NCBI GenBank assembly: GCA_051294905.1
Contig: CM119380.1
Coordinates: 17,298,001-17,362,000, forward strand
Reading direction: 5' to 3'
Source of the DNA: Botryllus schlosseri
Taxonomy: Eukaryota
Length of the DNA: 64,000 nt
The position numbers and the translations under genes were made by a program. The notes beneath the pieces are model-generated. The model ran no database searches and had not been told where the DNA came from. It saw nothing but the letters and a program-made list of their open reading frames with translations. Below, in pieces: positions 23,801 through 35,800 of this stretch. Each line of letters begins with the position of its first letter. Position 1 is the first letter of the stretch.

Positions 23801-26800
23801 GCAACCTTGATATTCATATGTCCAAGCTTGGAATAATCCTTGTCAAATGAGCCCAGAGGTATACAAAGGCGACCTGCAACTCCTTGCAGGACATGACTGC
23901 ACACTTGGTTGTCGTAACATAATTGTCATCGAATTTGCTGCGTAGTAATATATGTCATGTTTTCACCCTTGCCCAACCGTGTTACCTCCTGTCTGATGAC
24001 TGAAAATCTCTATCAACATTAGAGGGGCCCGCGCAAGGCTTCAAAGTCGCTGATTTACTTTACGACGTCGCAGTCGCGTCAAAACATACATTGAGTTGAT
24101 ATCTGACACTTCTCGTTCAGGTCGTCAAAAACTGGGGTGGATGGTCGGGATCCCAACGATCTTCAATTCTTCAATGACAACTATGGCAGCTTCCTGTTTG
24201 TTGACAAAGTAAGTTGTTTGGTGTATGTGTAAGCATTATGTCACTGTGTTGTGGACACAAGCAAATCGCATGGCTCACTGCCATCAGGCTACATCATTCA
24301 CATCATACAAAAAAGGCAATTTATGGCACTATTAACACTGTATTGCTGTATTAACACTGTATTTGATAAAAATTGGTATCTCGAAAGGTCACTGTAAATC
24401 GAAAGAATGATGTAATCCAATATCAGTGAGTAACGAGATTTTCCCGTGTCCATGCTACTGTAGGACACTATGGTGAAATTGTCAGTAGTATATGGCGTCC
24501 AATCAAAGAAGATGATGTGAAACCAATATTGGCCCCTCCTATTTCACTTAGAAAGTTGCAGTGTTACGACTGATGCTAAAATCATTCCACTCTGGGTACC
24601 ATTATGCTCGCTCGATATCCTTGAAAGCACCATCACGTACGATCGTTTTCTTACCTCTTTGCATGACCCCGACTCGCGCAGTAATGACTTATTAGGTAGG
24701 CTTACCATATTTTGGAAATCTAAAAAGAGGACACTTTTTCAGAAATTTGAGACTTGCAAAACCGGAGAAGAATTCTAAAAAATCGGTGAATTTTGCCCAC
24801 TTTGTGACCGGTTGACTGGAAATTTTTAAAAAAGGTCAACTTTTCGCTCAGAGCTCCAATCACCGTTTTTCACTCCGAAATACCCGCAATAGAGTCACTT
24901 CTGTGCTAATTTACGGCATATCACTCGCATTTCGCTCTAAATGTGACCTAAATTTTCAAAAAAGAGGACAAAATCTCAAAAAAGAGGACAAAAGGGCGTC
25001 CTCCGAGGACACTTTTAAAAAAGTCAAGAAAGAGGACAAATCCTATTGAAAGAGGACGCATGGTAACCCTATTATTAGGCCTCATACTCAACTCAATTCT
25101 TAATCTCAGACCACATCGATAGTACTAAGCTAATATCATTTTGATTTATCAGGAGCCAAAGAATTATATCCGACGATCAAGTACAATACGATCCTGAATG
25201 AATGGAAAGTTCTCTTCTATGGCAAAGTTATCAAAGGGGTCAGAAGCTTCCATCATGCTATGGCCATAATACTGGCAATATACTGGCTGTTCAACATCAA
25301 GTTCGCTCCATCAGCCTCTAATTCATGGTCATTCGTCACGAACTCTCCTTCGAAACTTCCGAACGTTAGGTAGACTTTGGCTGTTCGTAGTAAATTAATT
25401 TGAATAATTCACCAAGGACAGGTCAATATTTTTAGCCGTTATAATTCTTGTGTCATTGCATTAGGTACTCGGCGCCTTTAACTGTGACAATTTGTAATAA
25501 CTTAATTAATCGAGGACCGGTCAATGTTTCAAGCCGGTATATTAATTCTTGTTTCATTACATACGTTTCGAAACTTTCTAACTTTAGGTGTGGCTGACTG
25601 TGGCTGTTCATTGTAATTTAATTTGATTAATTTATTGAGGACGGGTCAATGATTTTAGCCGTTATTATAATTCTGGTTTCATTACATATGTCCAAAACTT
25701 CAAAACATTAGGTACTAGGCGGCTTACACTGTGGCTTTTTGTAGTAAATTAATTCATTGATGACGGGTCAATATTTTTAGCTGTTGTTGTAACAATTCTT
25801 CTTTCATTGTATAAATTCCAAAACTTCTTAACGTTAGGCTCTCTGGGGCTTACAATGTGGCTTTTTGTAGTAAATTAATTAATTTATGAGGGGCCAATAT
25901 TTTTAGCCGTTGTTGTAAGAATTTTTCATTCATTGCATAAGTTCCAAAACTTCTTAATGTTAGGCACTCTGCGGCTCACACTGTGGCTTTTTGTAGTAAA
26001 TTAATTCATTGATGACGGCTCAATATTTTTAGCCATTGTTGTATATAACTCTTCTTTCATTGCATAAGTTCCAAAACTTCTTAACGTTCGGTACTCTTCG
26101 ACTTATACTGTGGCTGTTAGTAGTAAATTAATTGCGCCATGACATGTCAATATTTTTAGCCGTTATAGTAATTCTTATTTCATTACGTATTATCCGAAAC
26201 TCTCGCCATTTCAGAATTTTTCTTGTTTTGATGCATTTGTTCTCAATATACCATCATTTGATCCAACACTGAATTGCTTGTTTTAATTCATATCCTGGCT
26301 ACAGATTTTGTGCCAGTCGGTCCAAGGTGAAAGGTCAATTGAAGTCTCAGGTCAGACGTGTTTTCGAGATTACATGACGGGCAGAAACATGTTAGGCAAC
26401 AGGTGGAACTAAACCTGTCGTATGGTTTTACATGACGGACATGTATTAAGAGGTACCAGGTGTAAACATGTCTATGGACACCTTTATTTTTTACAGTGTG
26501 TACCCGGACAAAACATGTCCCCCGGGTTTAATCGGCAACCTGCGCTGTTGCGGGAGCTTGCCAACGCTAAATCGATGGATATATAATCCCCTTCCGGACG
26601 ATAATTGCATAATTACCCTCACTTGACGTCATGCGAGGTGGTTTCGTTACGTCGCATGTTTACTCGAGGCGGAGAAATCTTATCAAGTAATTGGATTGGA
26701 ATGTTTCTAGATGGGGATCTGACTAACTTTGATCACACATGCAGTAACTTATACGGGTCCTATATTCACCTGGCGTTGTAGTCCGTCAGAATCGACACGT

Positions 26801-29800
26801 GTACATGTAAGATGCGCCTACCCAGGACGCATCAAAGTTATCTACAGAAGCCACAAGTATAACCGCTCGAAATACAGTAGCAGAGTTGGTCAAAATAGTC
26901 ATGGTTGGTAGCTGAATTAAAGAAACGTCCTAGTTTCCACTCAATTACAAATATCGATTTCCAAGTAAGTATAAAGTAAGTATTGGGCCTAGGTTTGGCA
27001 GAAAAACTTGAAAACTGTCAAGTAGAATCGGAAGTAATCATAAGTATTTGAGTAGGTAGTGCAAGCATACGCGAAAGATAGTCGTGATGAAGTGCCGCAA
27101 ATGATACGTTGCATAATGCGTATCAGATCAAGGACTGGTTGGATGAATGGATGAAAATACAAGCCCTCAGGTGGCTACTTTATAAATCGCATGAAAATCC
27201 AGAATGATTAAGGATTCCGTGCTCGAATTGCGATCAATTGATGATTTATTATGCAGCAAATCAAATCACTTTCACAATACAGTTACGTTCGCAAACATAA
27301 GCCGGATAGAAACCCTACACTTTGCCGGCAGTAATGGTGTTTGATGCAGGCAAAATGACATACCATAATTTTCAGTTCCTTTTCCGTAGGCCCGATAATG
27401 TGCAGAGTTTCGTCGTCTTCGGCTTTGTTGCGTTCGTACGTTCCGATACTTCCAGCGGCTTGGAACTGTCTAGTCCACTCCACCACCCAGTTTCCGTTCA
27501 AAATATACTCCTCGGATGAGCCGGCAACTTCCATCAAAGCTGAAATGTAAAACAATGCCTTGTACGGCCCATCGCAATGCAGTCATTTATTACGAAAACG
27601 GTAGGTTAACGGTCGTAAACTCAAGTACTTCTTTGGGTATTGTTGCTTTTAAATACTGAAGAACTGTAATTATATAAATAGTATACGTTACGGACCATTT
27701 TTTAAAGCAAATCGAGGCCCGCGGCAACTCAGTTAGCCTAGGTCTCGAGCTAATGTTAGAAAACCGTTTTTTTCAACCTCACTGACACACCGCATCAGAT
27801 GGCAATGAGCGATATGAGTATGCAGAGGTGGTCAAAGTAGTCAAGAAAGCTACTCCAGTAGAAGTAGAAGTAGCGACGAAAAAATCTACTCAAGTACGAG
27901 TAGAAGTACTTCTTCCATAAGCAACCTAAAACTACTTGAAGTAGAAGTAGAATTTACTGACTTTAAATCTACTCAAGTAAGTAAGTAGTTGTGAAAACGA
28001 TCGTAATTCGTTCACATGGATTGTCAAAAGGTGCAAATTGAGCAATGCAAAAGGTGCCGAGCTTAATTCATATTGATGTATACCAGGAGGTATTCAATTT
28101 TCGAGAGCATAAGCATTAGTCCGCATCATGGGATCAAAATGATAGTAGCCTATTGATATGGAAATGCGATACTAATCCTCTGTTTAATCGAACAACCCGT
28201 TTTAGAAAATATCATGGTATGGCGCCCTCCCCCATATTATAAGGCCCGTGGTGTAGTCGAAGAGCAATAAGGAGAAGTTGTATAGGATACGGTATGAATA
28301 CTTTGCGCGATTAGTAAATGTGAATAAAAATATGGTGGATCGTGAAAATGCCATATTGTGTAGCTTTATTCCCGGAAATTAAAGGCATTACTACACTTGC
28401 TTTTATACTTCAACATGTATGTTATCGAGACAAAAGAACTGATATTGATTAGAGCTCAAAGTATATGATACTGGGAATTGAAAAGGAAATCTAAATAGTA
28501 CTTATAAAAGCGGAATATGTATTTCATGTCTAAAGACAGAAAGTTTCAAAAGGTGGTATGCTAGCACAGCTCTAAAATTGAAAAAAGTCTGAGTTCACTT
28601 TCCAAATTAGGACACGCCATGGACTGCTAGATTACGATATGAGAAGTAAATGTTAGATTGCGAAATATCAGTTTCAAACCTTATGATGAGCCATATATAC
28701 TGTGGTGAAATATTCCATATGGGCAAAGGGTGACAATGCGGTGTGAACGGTGCCACGCCAACCCGCTAACAAATTTATATTCACCGATACTTTCGTGAAA
28801 TCATACTGGCTATTCCGTATCCACTGAGCGCGAAGCGCGACTAAAATTTTTGGGTTTACTCAACTTTTATGAAAATGAAATGTTGATACTCCGTGAAAAC
28901 AGCCCCGAAATTCCTCAGGCTATCTTCCTGATTAAAGGATTAAACTACTTCTACTTGACAAACTGAAAATAGCGAAAAGTAAGTAAGTAGATCACATAAA
29001 ATTACGAAGTAGAAGTAGCGAAAATCAGATCTACTTGAGTAAGTATCAGAAGTAGAGGAAAACTACTTGAGTACTTCGAAAAAGTAGAAGTACTTCGTTA
29101 CTGACCACCTCTGAGTATAACAGTAAAGAAGTTTGGGGTACATAGCAATCGATGGCCGGATTACAAAGCGCAGCGGCCGTAGTACGATTGGTTGCGTTCT
29201 ACCAATTTAAGCCACACCTTCAACAGCGTTGCCATCATTTCAGCAGGACAGCAAACACTAACTTTTGGTCTGCATAACACACAACTCACCGGAAACAAGC
29301 ATATAGGATATTGGATTGAGTTGGTCCAGAAAGGTCTGTAAACACCCAGAACTCAACTCAAGATGTTCCATACCTACTCTTTCTGCTAAGGTGGATGATT
29401 ACAGGGGTATACTTGAAGTTTGCTATTGCTGGTTAAGTGAGTATAGCAGGAGGGAAGATCAACAAAGCTTCGAGGGAGATTATTACAACACGGTTTTGCG
29501 GCACTACGCTAACACATATCCGTTGTGTTTTTCATCCGATGGCACGTTTAACAAACTATCAATTTGCCATTCTCTCATCCATGGAACTCGTTCAGTATTT
29601 ACTTACTAAATTCTGGTGATTATTTATAAGTGGCTTTGAACCGACTACGAAAACTATAGGAAAAGCGCACAGGTGTGCGTGAGGCGTCATTGTAGGGTAT
29701 GTAGCGCTTCCAAAAACAACAGCTTAAAATTTAACGAACTCTAAGTAGAAGTAAATTATTATTAAAATATCGTCAAACATATTCCATCACTGTCAGCTAG

Positions 29801-32800
29801 CGGCCGTCAAAGTTGGTTAAAACAGACTGTGAGTACGTATTGAGTATTACCTGATATACAGCAGATCACATAAAAGCGGATCATTGAGTTTAATGGGCGC
29901 GGGGCGCATATCAACTACCAAATATAAATGACAAATATCAATAACTCTGCTGCGATCAAGTCATACCTCTGACTTGCAACTCAATGCGAATTTTGACTCG
30001 AGTCTACAATCATTTCAAAATTTTTCAAGACAAGTCGCGCAAATTTTCAGTGACGCGAGTCAATTCGAATCTTCCGAATTCTTCCGATTTCGATACGATT
30101 TCATGTCACCAAATATTTTCTGTAAAGTCCTATAGTCGCTCGACACGATGTGTGGATGCAAAGTGCTTATGTAATGCATATACACGGAAGGGAAGCGGCG
30201 TCAGTCTTGTCAACTCACTAAGCATGCCATTTTATAACTACCAAGACAATTGAATAGTATATTCATATTGAAATGAACCCGAATATTTTCGGCTGACACT
30301 CGTCAGGGGTAATCGTCAGCAACTAGTAGAGAATTCATTTTACCCACATTTTACCCCTGACGAGTGTCAGCCGAAAATATTCGAGTTCATTTCAATATGA
30401 ATATACTATTCAATTGTATATTGAAGTTCTGTACCTCCAAGAAGCTGTTCTGTTCAACTACCAAGACGTTACGAGTGACAGGTTATTTAAGTTGCTGAGA
30501 ATGCTGTTCAGTGCTTATAGAGTATACTCCAAGCTAAATAGACTACTGGAGTTTATGATAATTCAATGAATGCGAGGTTTAGAGATTGACACGCAGTATG
30601 AAAGCGATAGACAGTATGATACCAACCTCAAGTGTATAGATAAAGGAATATCAATGTTGAGCGTTATTCCAAAATTATCTTCCTTCATTGATGCTCGTAA
30701 ATGCCATTGGCAATATCACAGACAACCCATGATGGATTCAGACATATCATGTGATATACAGATTTACGACCTTGGGGAGTCTCAGCTATATAGTTTCACA
30801 CGAGCCTACTAATTGAATAAATTTATGCATGGATATAGTTAGGGTTGCATTTAAAACAGACGGTGTTTTAAAACACTTTGTTTAAAACATGTTTTAAACG
30901 GTGTTTTAAACAAATGCCTAAGTTTTTTTTCAAACGTTATATAATCAAGGCATAGTTGTGTAAATATTGTTGAAAAAGATGTAGTACGAACCCACGGACG
31001 ATTTACACCCAATATATTACGAATACGTTGTGGAGTGGCTGCAACCCTCGAAATCGTCGTCGGTTCAACAGTTATAGCAAGCAGATATATAGATCATTGG
31101 TACGGAATGGGTGTTCTGATGATAATGACCGCAGACCATAAAATGCTACATAACGATGTAGTCCCGTTTAAACATAATTTTGGTCTTTTGGGACAGTGGT
31201 CGAAAGCCCTTTTCGTCAAAGGAGTCATAATTACCCTATATATCCCATTGTCTATGTCAATCGATTGTGATGTCACAATTGAAGATTCGTGACATCATAG
31301 TTGAAAAGACAACAACAATAAAACATGTTTTAAACAAGGGCCTTGTTTTGAAAATGTTTGTTTTAGATTGATTTTTGTTTTAAATGCAACCCTAGATATA
31401 GTGATATTATTTACCTGCAGTCAGAATGATCATCATACGTAATTATATCTGTTAAGGACATGCAGCCCAAGCTGTCTCGAAAACGTAAATGCAAATAGAT
31501 TTAAGTAAAAATGAATTAGTATTGGTGACTTATTCATTTTTCGGAGTGGCTGAGAGGTTCAGAAAGATTGGCGAAGTAGAATATTCAACGATTGATGATA
31601 ACCAAGTCTAGAGTCATTTCATATTTCTCATGTGATGAGTCAGAATCAATTCAGTGATCCGGAACAAGCCAAGGCAGTCGAAAAGCGGACTCGAGTCATC
31701 CAAACACTGCAATATAGTGCCACGATCCGGGGAACTTACTATACTAGAAAAAATACGAGTAATAACTGAGTGACTGATTAACAGCGACCGTGACAGTGCG
31801 TACAATACGAAGATCGCCACAGCTACAGAACGGTTAATATATTGTGTGACAACCTGCATTAGAAATGCCTAGGAAACAAGCGTGTTCCTTTATTGACCAA
31901 GTGACCACATCCACTGCCATCAAATAGCGAGGCATACACAATACACATTCAGTACAAGATACGCTCAAAAGCGTGACTAAGCATCTGGGAGTCACGCCGA
32001 TTAAGAACGCCAACCCCATGACAACGCCTATTTATAGTCCAACACGATTATACAACTTGACAGGCCGATCGTGCACATAAGCTGGCATGCGGTAAGCCTA
32101 TTTGTTGAGATTGATACAGCGTCGCAATGTCAACAAATTTATTTTTCAGCAGTCGGCCTAGCCTGTAGGAGTGCTAGACGGGATTTATTATTGTGCGAAT
32201 CCAATCGCGCACGCACACGAAATATGTTTTGAAGACAAATGCAATTTATCATCGATGAAAAGCCACGGCTTTCTCAGGCTCGAGCTGTTGTTTGGCACGT
32301 ACAGAAATATGGCGTTACCGTACGCAGGTCGCAGCCTCGCCACCGAAATGTGATTTACACAAGTGCGATACGTATTTCAACGCAGCCACATTCCTTTCAC
32401 ATACGCCGCTCCTTGATAAACAGATGCCATGATTTATGGCGACAATGTTGAAATAGGCAATCTGTCGTTTGATGCCGAGTCAATCACGAATGGTAACTAC
32501 CTGTGTACTGGTAACACGCACTCGTATTTGAATGTCATGAGTTTTAAAACTTGGAGTTTGAACTATTATAGAAGTCGTTCAAAGTTAGAGGTCTAATGTT
32601 GCAAGTTCACTTCCCCTGTATGCAGTATCCGTTGAAATGAACGGTTCAGCGCAATAACAAAAACAGAGCTACTTCTACGAAACTTCCTGGTTTAAACGTG
32701 CGCTGAATTCAATAGAGAGAAAGAGAGAGAGAGAGAGCGAGCCATGAAACCAAACATGCAATAGCGTAATTCAAAGGGACCATGAGAGTGAATGCTCAAG

Positions 32801-35800
32801 ACACAAATTTAGTTATAGTGCTATTATTATATTCTTTATTCACAGTAAAACTGGTAGATACACACATAATCCGGGGAGCAACCTGCCCCCAAAGGAAAAT
32901 GGCGAGATTGGAGTAAATTTTTAAAATTTCAGTAATACATTCAAATTGTTATTCCTATGCAATACACGGAGAAGTCAGATTACAGAATTGCAGCAGATGA
33001 AGAATTGACAAGGGTTACAGAGCAGAGGTAGAGATGATTGAAGATGAAGAATCGGAATTACAGAAATTATGCTGTGATTCACAAGTGTAATTTTAGTCCA
33101 GTGGTGCATTCAAGGCCTTCCGAAGAATGTGTACAGTGCCCAATAATGTGATCTTTTGGATCATGTCGAATCGAACGTTACCCGGAATTTGTTGGATATG
33201 TCTCATGAGTTTTTTTCTCACGACTCCTGTAGCGCCAATGACTATCGGTACAATGTTTATTTTGCATCGCCACATTTTCTCACATTCCATTTTGAGCTCT
33301 GCGTATTTGGAGTGTTTTTCTGATTCTTTTTGCAGTAGGTTGTAATCAGCTGGGACAGCCAGTTCAATGAATAAGCATTCTCACTCATCACCTGTTAAGG
33401 TCTTGTGTGCCACGGACGCAAATAAGTTCAGGAAAATTCAAGAAAAACGCACTCAGCATGACAACGGCACTCAGATGTAGTGCACTCAGTTATAGTGGCA
33501 GCTGATTGAGAAAGGAAGGCCTGGGCCATGGTGATATCTCATTAAAATTAAACAAACATAACGTAAGCAATAGGCACATATGCTATTACAAGATGCTCCT
33601 ATACAGTGGCACAGCCGCAAAAATTATATATTTCAATAATATATTGATATATCATTTTGCATGACGAGGACCCACGCGCAATGCTTTCACATGCACAGCG
33701 CCCAGAGCATGAAAAAGAGTGTCCGGCAAATCCAATGACAGGAAAACTGCATGGTTGCTTACAGCTACCCTCTGACACTATACATTACAAACAACAATAA
33801 TATTTATCAAGGTGTGCGCTTACCCTTAACGTCTTAACATATACAATTTGTGATTCTTCTACCAGGTCGTAGACACCGTATCAAGATGCTGGTAGCAAAA
33901 TAACAAATTCAATATGTTAACGACGTTAAGGGATGAATTAGGGACTTAAAGGCTCTTGCGAAGGTTAAAAATGTGACCTTTCCAGTCTGTTTCCCCGCAT
34001 ATATTTTCATCGCTACTCAATTCAAGACATTCAGCAGAGGTCATCCTGTCACACGACTACACAAGTGCACAATGTGCATGAAACCGAAGAGACGGGTTAA
34101 ATCAGTTGATACATTATCATAATTTACTGCGAGTACAGGAACCGCACACGCGCGGATGTTGATACAGCAAAATCATCGGATGTAGATACTTGGATGAAAT
34201 TTATACGGGACCGCTTTATTATGATGAAACGGATACGTATTTATAGAAAATGAGATCTGAGATAGAGCCGTTAGCGATAAAGGCAGATGACGGATGGCTT
34301 GCGAATCACGCTTACACGATTCAAGTAAACAGTCTACCTGACATTGGTGGTTAATCGAAGTCAAATACACAATGATAAATTCAATTTGGGAAATGTCGCG
34401 GCCGGTGGTCTTAACATAGGTTGTTCAGGTATAGGATGGTATCGCAGTATGTATTCTGCCGTGCCGAGCGTGACACGACCCACGAAACCTGATTATCTGA
34501 GGTTTGTCGGCGACCTAATCCGCGATCCGTTGATACACCTGAGTCATAGTCGGAGGGAAGCTCACCCAAAGACGAAATAGGCCTCTATACTTCCACCGTT
34601 TCCAACCACTCGAGGGATATTCACTTAATTTTTGCATTACTATATCGTGTGGTTTTGTTTTAGGGCTGTACTTCGCACATAGTTATACTATACACTTTTT
34701 GCAGACAAGTTAGCTGTGATTTAGTTTGATCGTCATATCCACAATATAGCGTCTGAACCATGATTTTTTAATATAAAAGTTCGACATCGCAATCAATATG
34801 GATTACTTCGTATCAGTCGAATCTTGCAATTTCAAAAGCTTCCATGGGAAATAACAGGACATAAAATCGTTGATACATTGGCAGAGAATCTACTTTTGTC
34901 CGGGTGCTATCCTTGAAGTAGGTTTGGGGTGCACCGGCGTCCGACAATCGATAATTATATACCTGAACCCACGAAAAATGTCTTTCGCTTTTGCTTAGGT
35001 GTCACTTTTGGTTTCATTTTGTCAGTTAAGTGACTCCTAAATTGCAATACCAGCACCTGTAGTCCTGCGCCGGCGCTGGCCACGCCTTATACAAATATGC
35101 ATGTCCCAAACCGCACTATACGTAGCATTCTCTATGACTTAACATCCCGCCGATTGAGGACATCCCCCAAAATTACTGTCAGTTTCATGATTCCATGACG
35201 CAAAAAGACTGTGCCTTCACGTAACTTCCGCTCGAACAATATCTGCCAGTAATAGTTCTTAGCTATACAAGCCACACCGGAAAGTACGAACACTTACCTA
35301 AGAAATTTTCGTTATAATCCTTTGCTCGAATATGAGTAGCACCGATGGGAACAGTAGCAATTAACTTGTAACCCACTGTGATATCTGCGATAAAATAACG
35401 TAACACATTACTTCTACGTGTACGAAGGGTTTGCCTGCAGTGAAAGTGAACTGTGCAAGCACTGACAAAACAAACGTAAAAAGCCCGGTGTAAATGACCA
35501 TGGTACGTTAAAGATATCGAAACCATCAACCATCAATCCTCGAATAGCAATTACACAATTACCGAGAATTGGAATGGGATGGGATAGAACTAGGGTTGCA
35601 TTTAAAACAAATGGTTGTTTAAAACAGAGTTTTAAACAAATGACTTTAAAAAAAGTTTTTTTAAAAGTTGTATAATTATGCTGTAATTGTGAAAATACTG
35701 TCAAAAAACAGGTTGTATGAGCCTACGGATGACAATTACCACCCGACACAGCCGACGAATACGATATGGGATGGTTGAAACCCTCGAAATAGTCAGTTCA

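Larger units (their letters stand above)
20092..25373 (+). pseudogene. Decayed multi-exon SAMD3-like (PB1-like N-terminus, no SAM domain seen) transposon-associated gene
   Basis: Exon remnants: 20092-20305 MKMLIIHGNIRKVITVDHLSEIYDVVRCAVRSTI*DRKFTTEYYDKSLELNGDFYELSAKDL; 22288-22467 GSWKDKLYNKLREWRRH (with a stop); 22676-22879 and duplicate 21832-22046 DERSIE...RMKRTFESRREAILNG...LEIYPILIDAHW (frameshifts); 25153-25373 WKVLFYGKVIKGVRSFHHAMAIILAIYWLFNIKF. Splice sites are retained. The family call comes from remembered motifs, not from a search. Confidence 0.68.
17843..26498 (+). mobile_element. CACTA/EnSpm (CMC)-like DNA transposon derivative, 8656 bp, in intron 8
   Basis: Identical 16-bp TIR CACTGTAAAAAATAAA at 17843 and (reverse complement) at 26483-26498. 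2-bp TSD TG/TG. Clusters of ACGTGTT/ACATGTT subterminal repeats at both ends. Contains an internal decayed gene and a tandem array. Confidence 0.82.

Noticed and set aside
25349-26205. Array as a CRISPR-like repeat
   Set aside because: Eukaryotic context. The units are diverged along their whole length with no constant-repeat/unique-spacer pattern.
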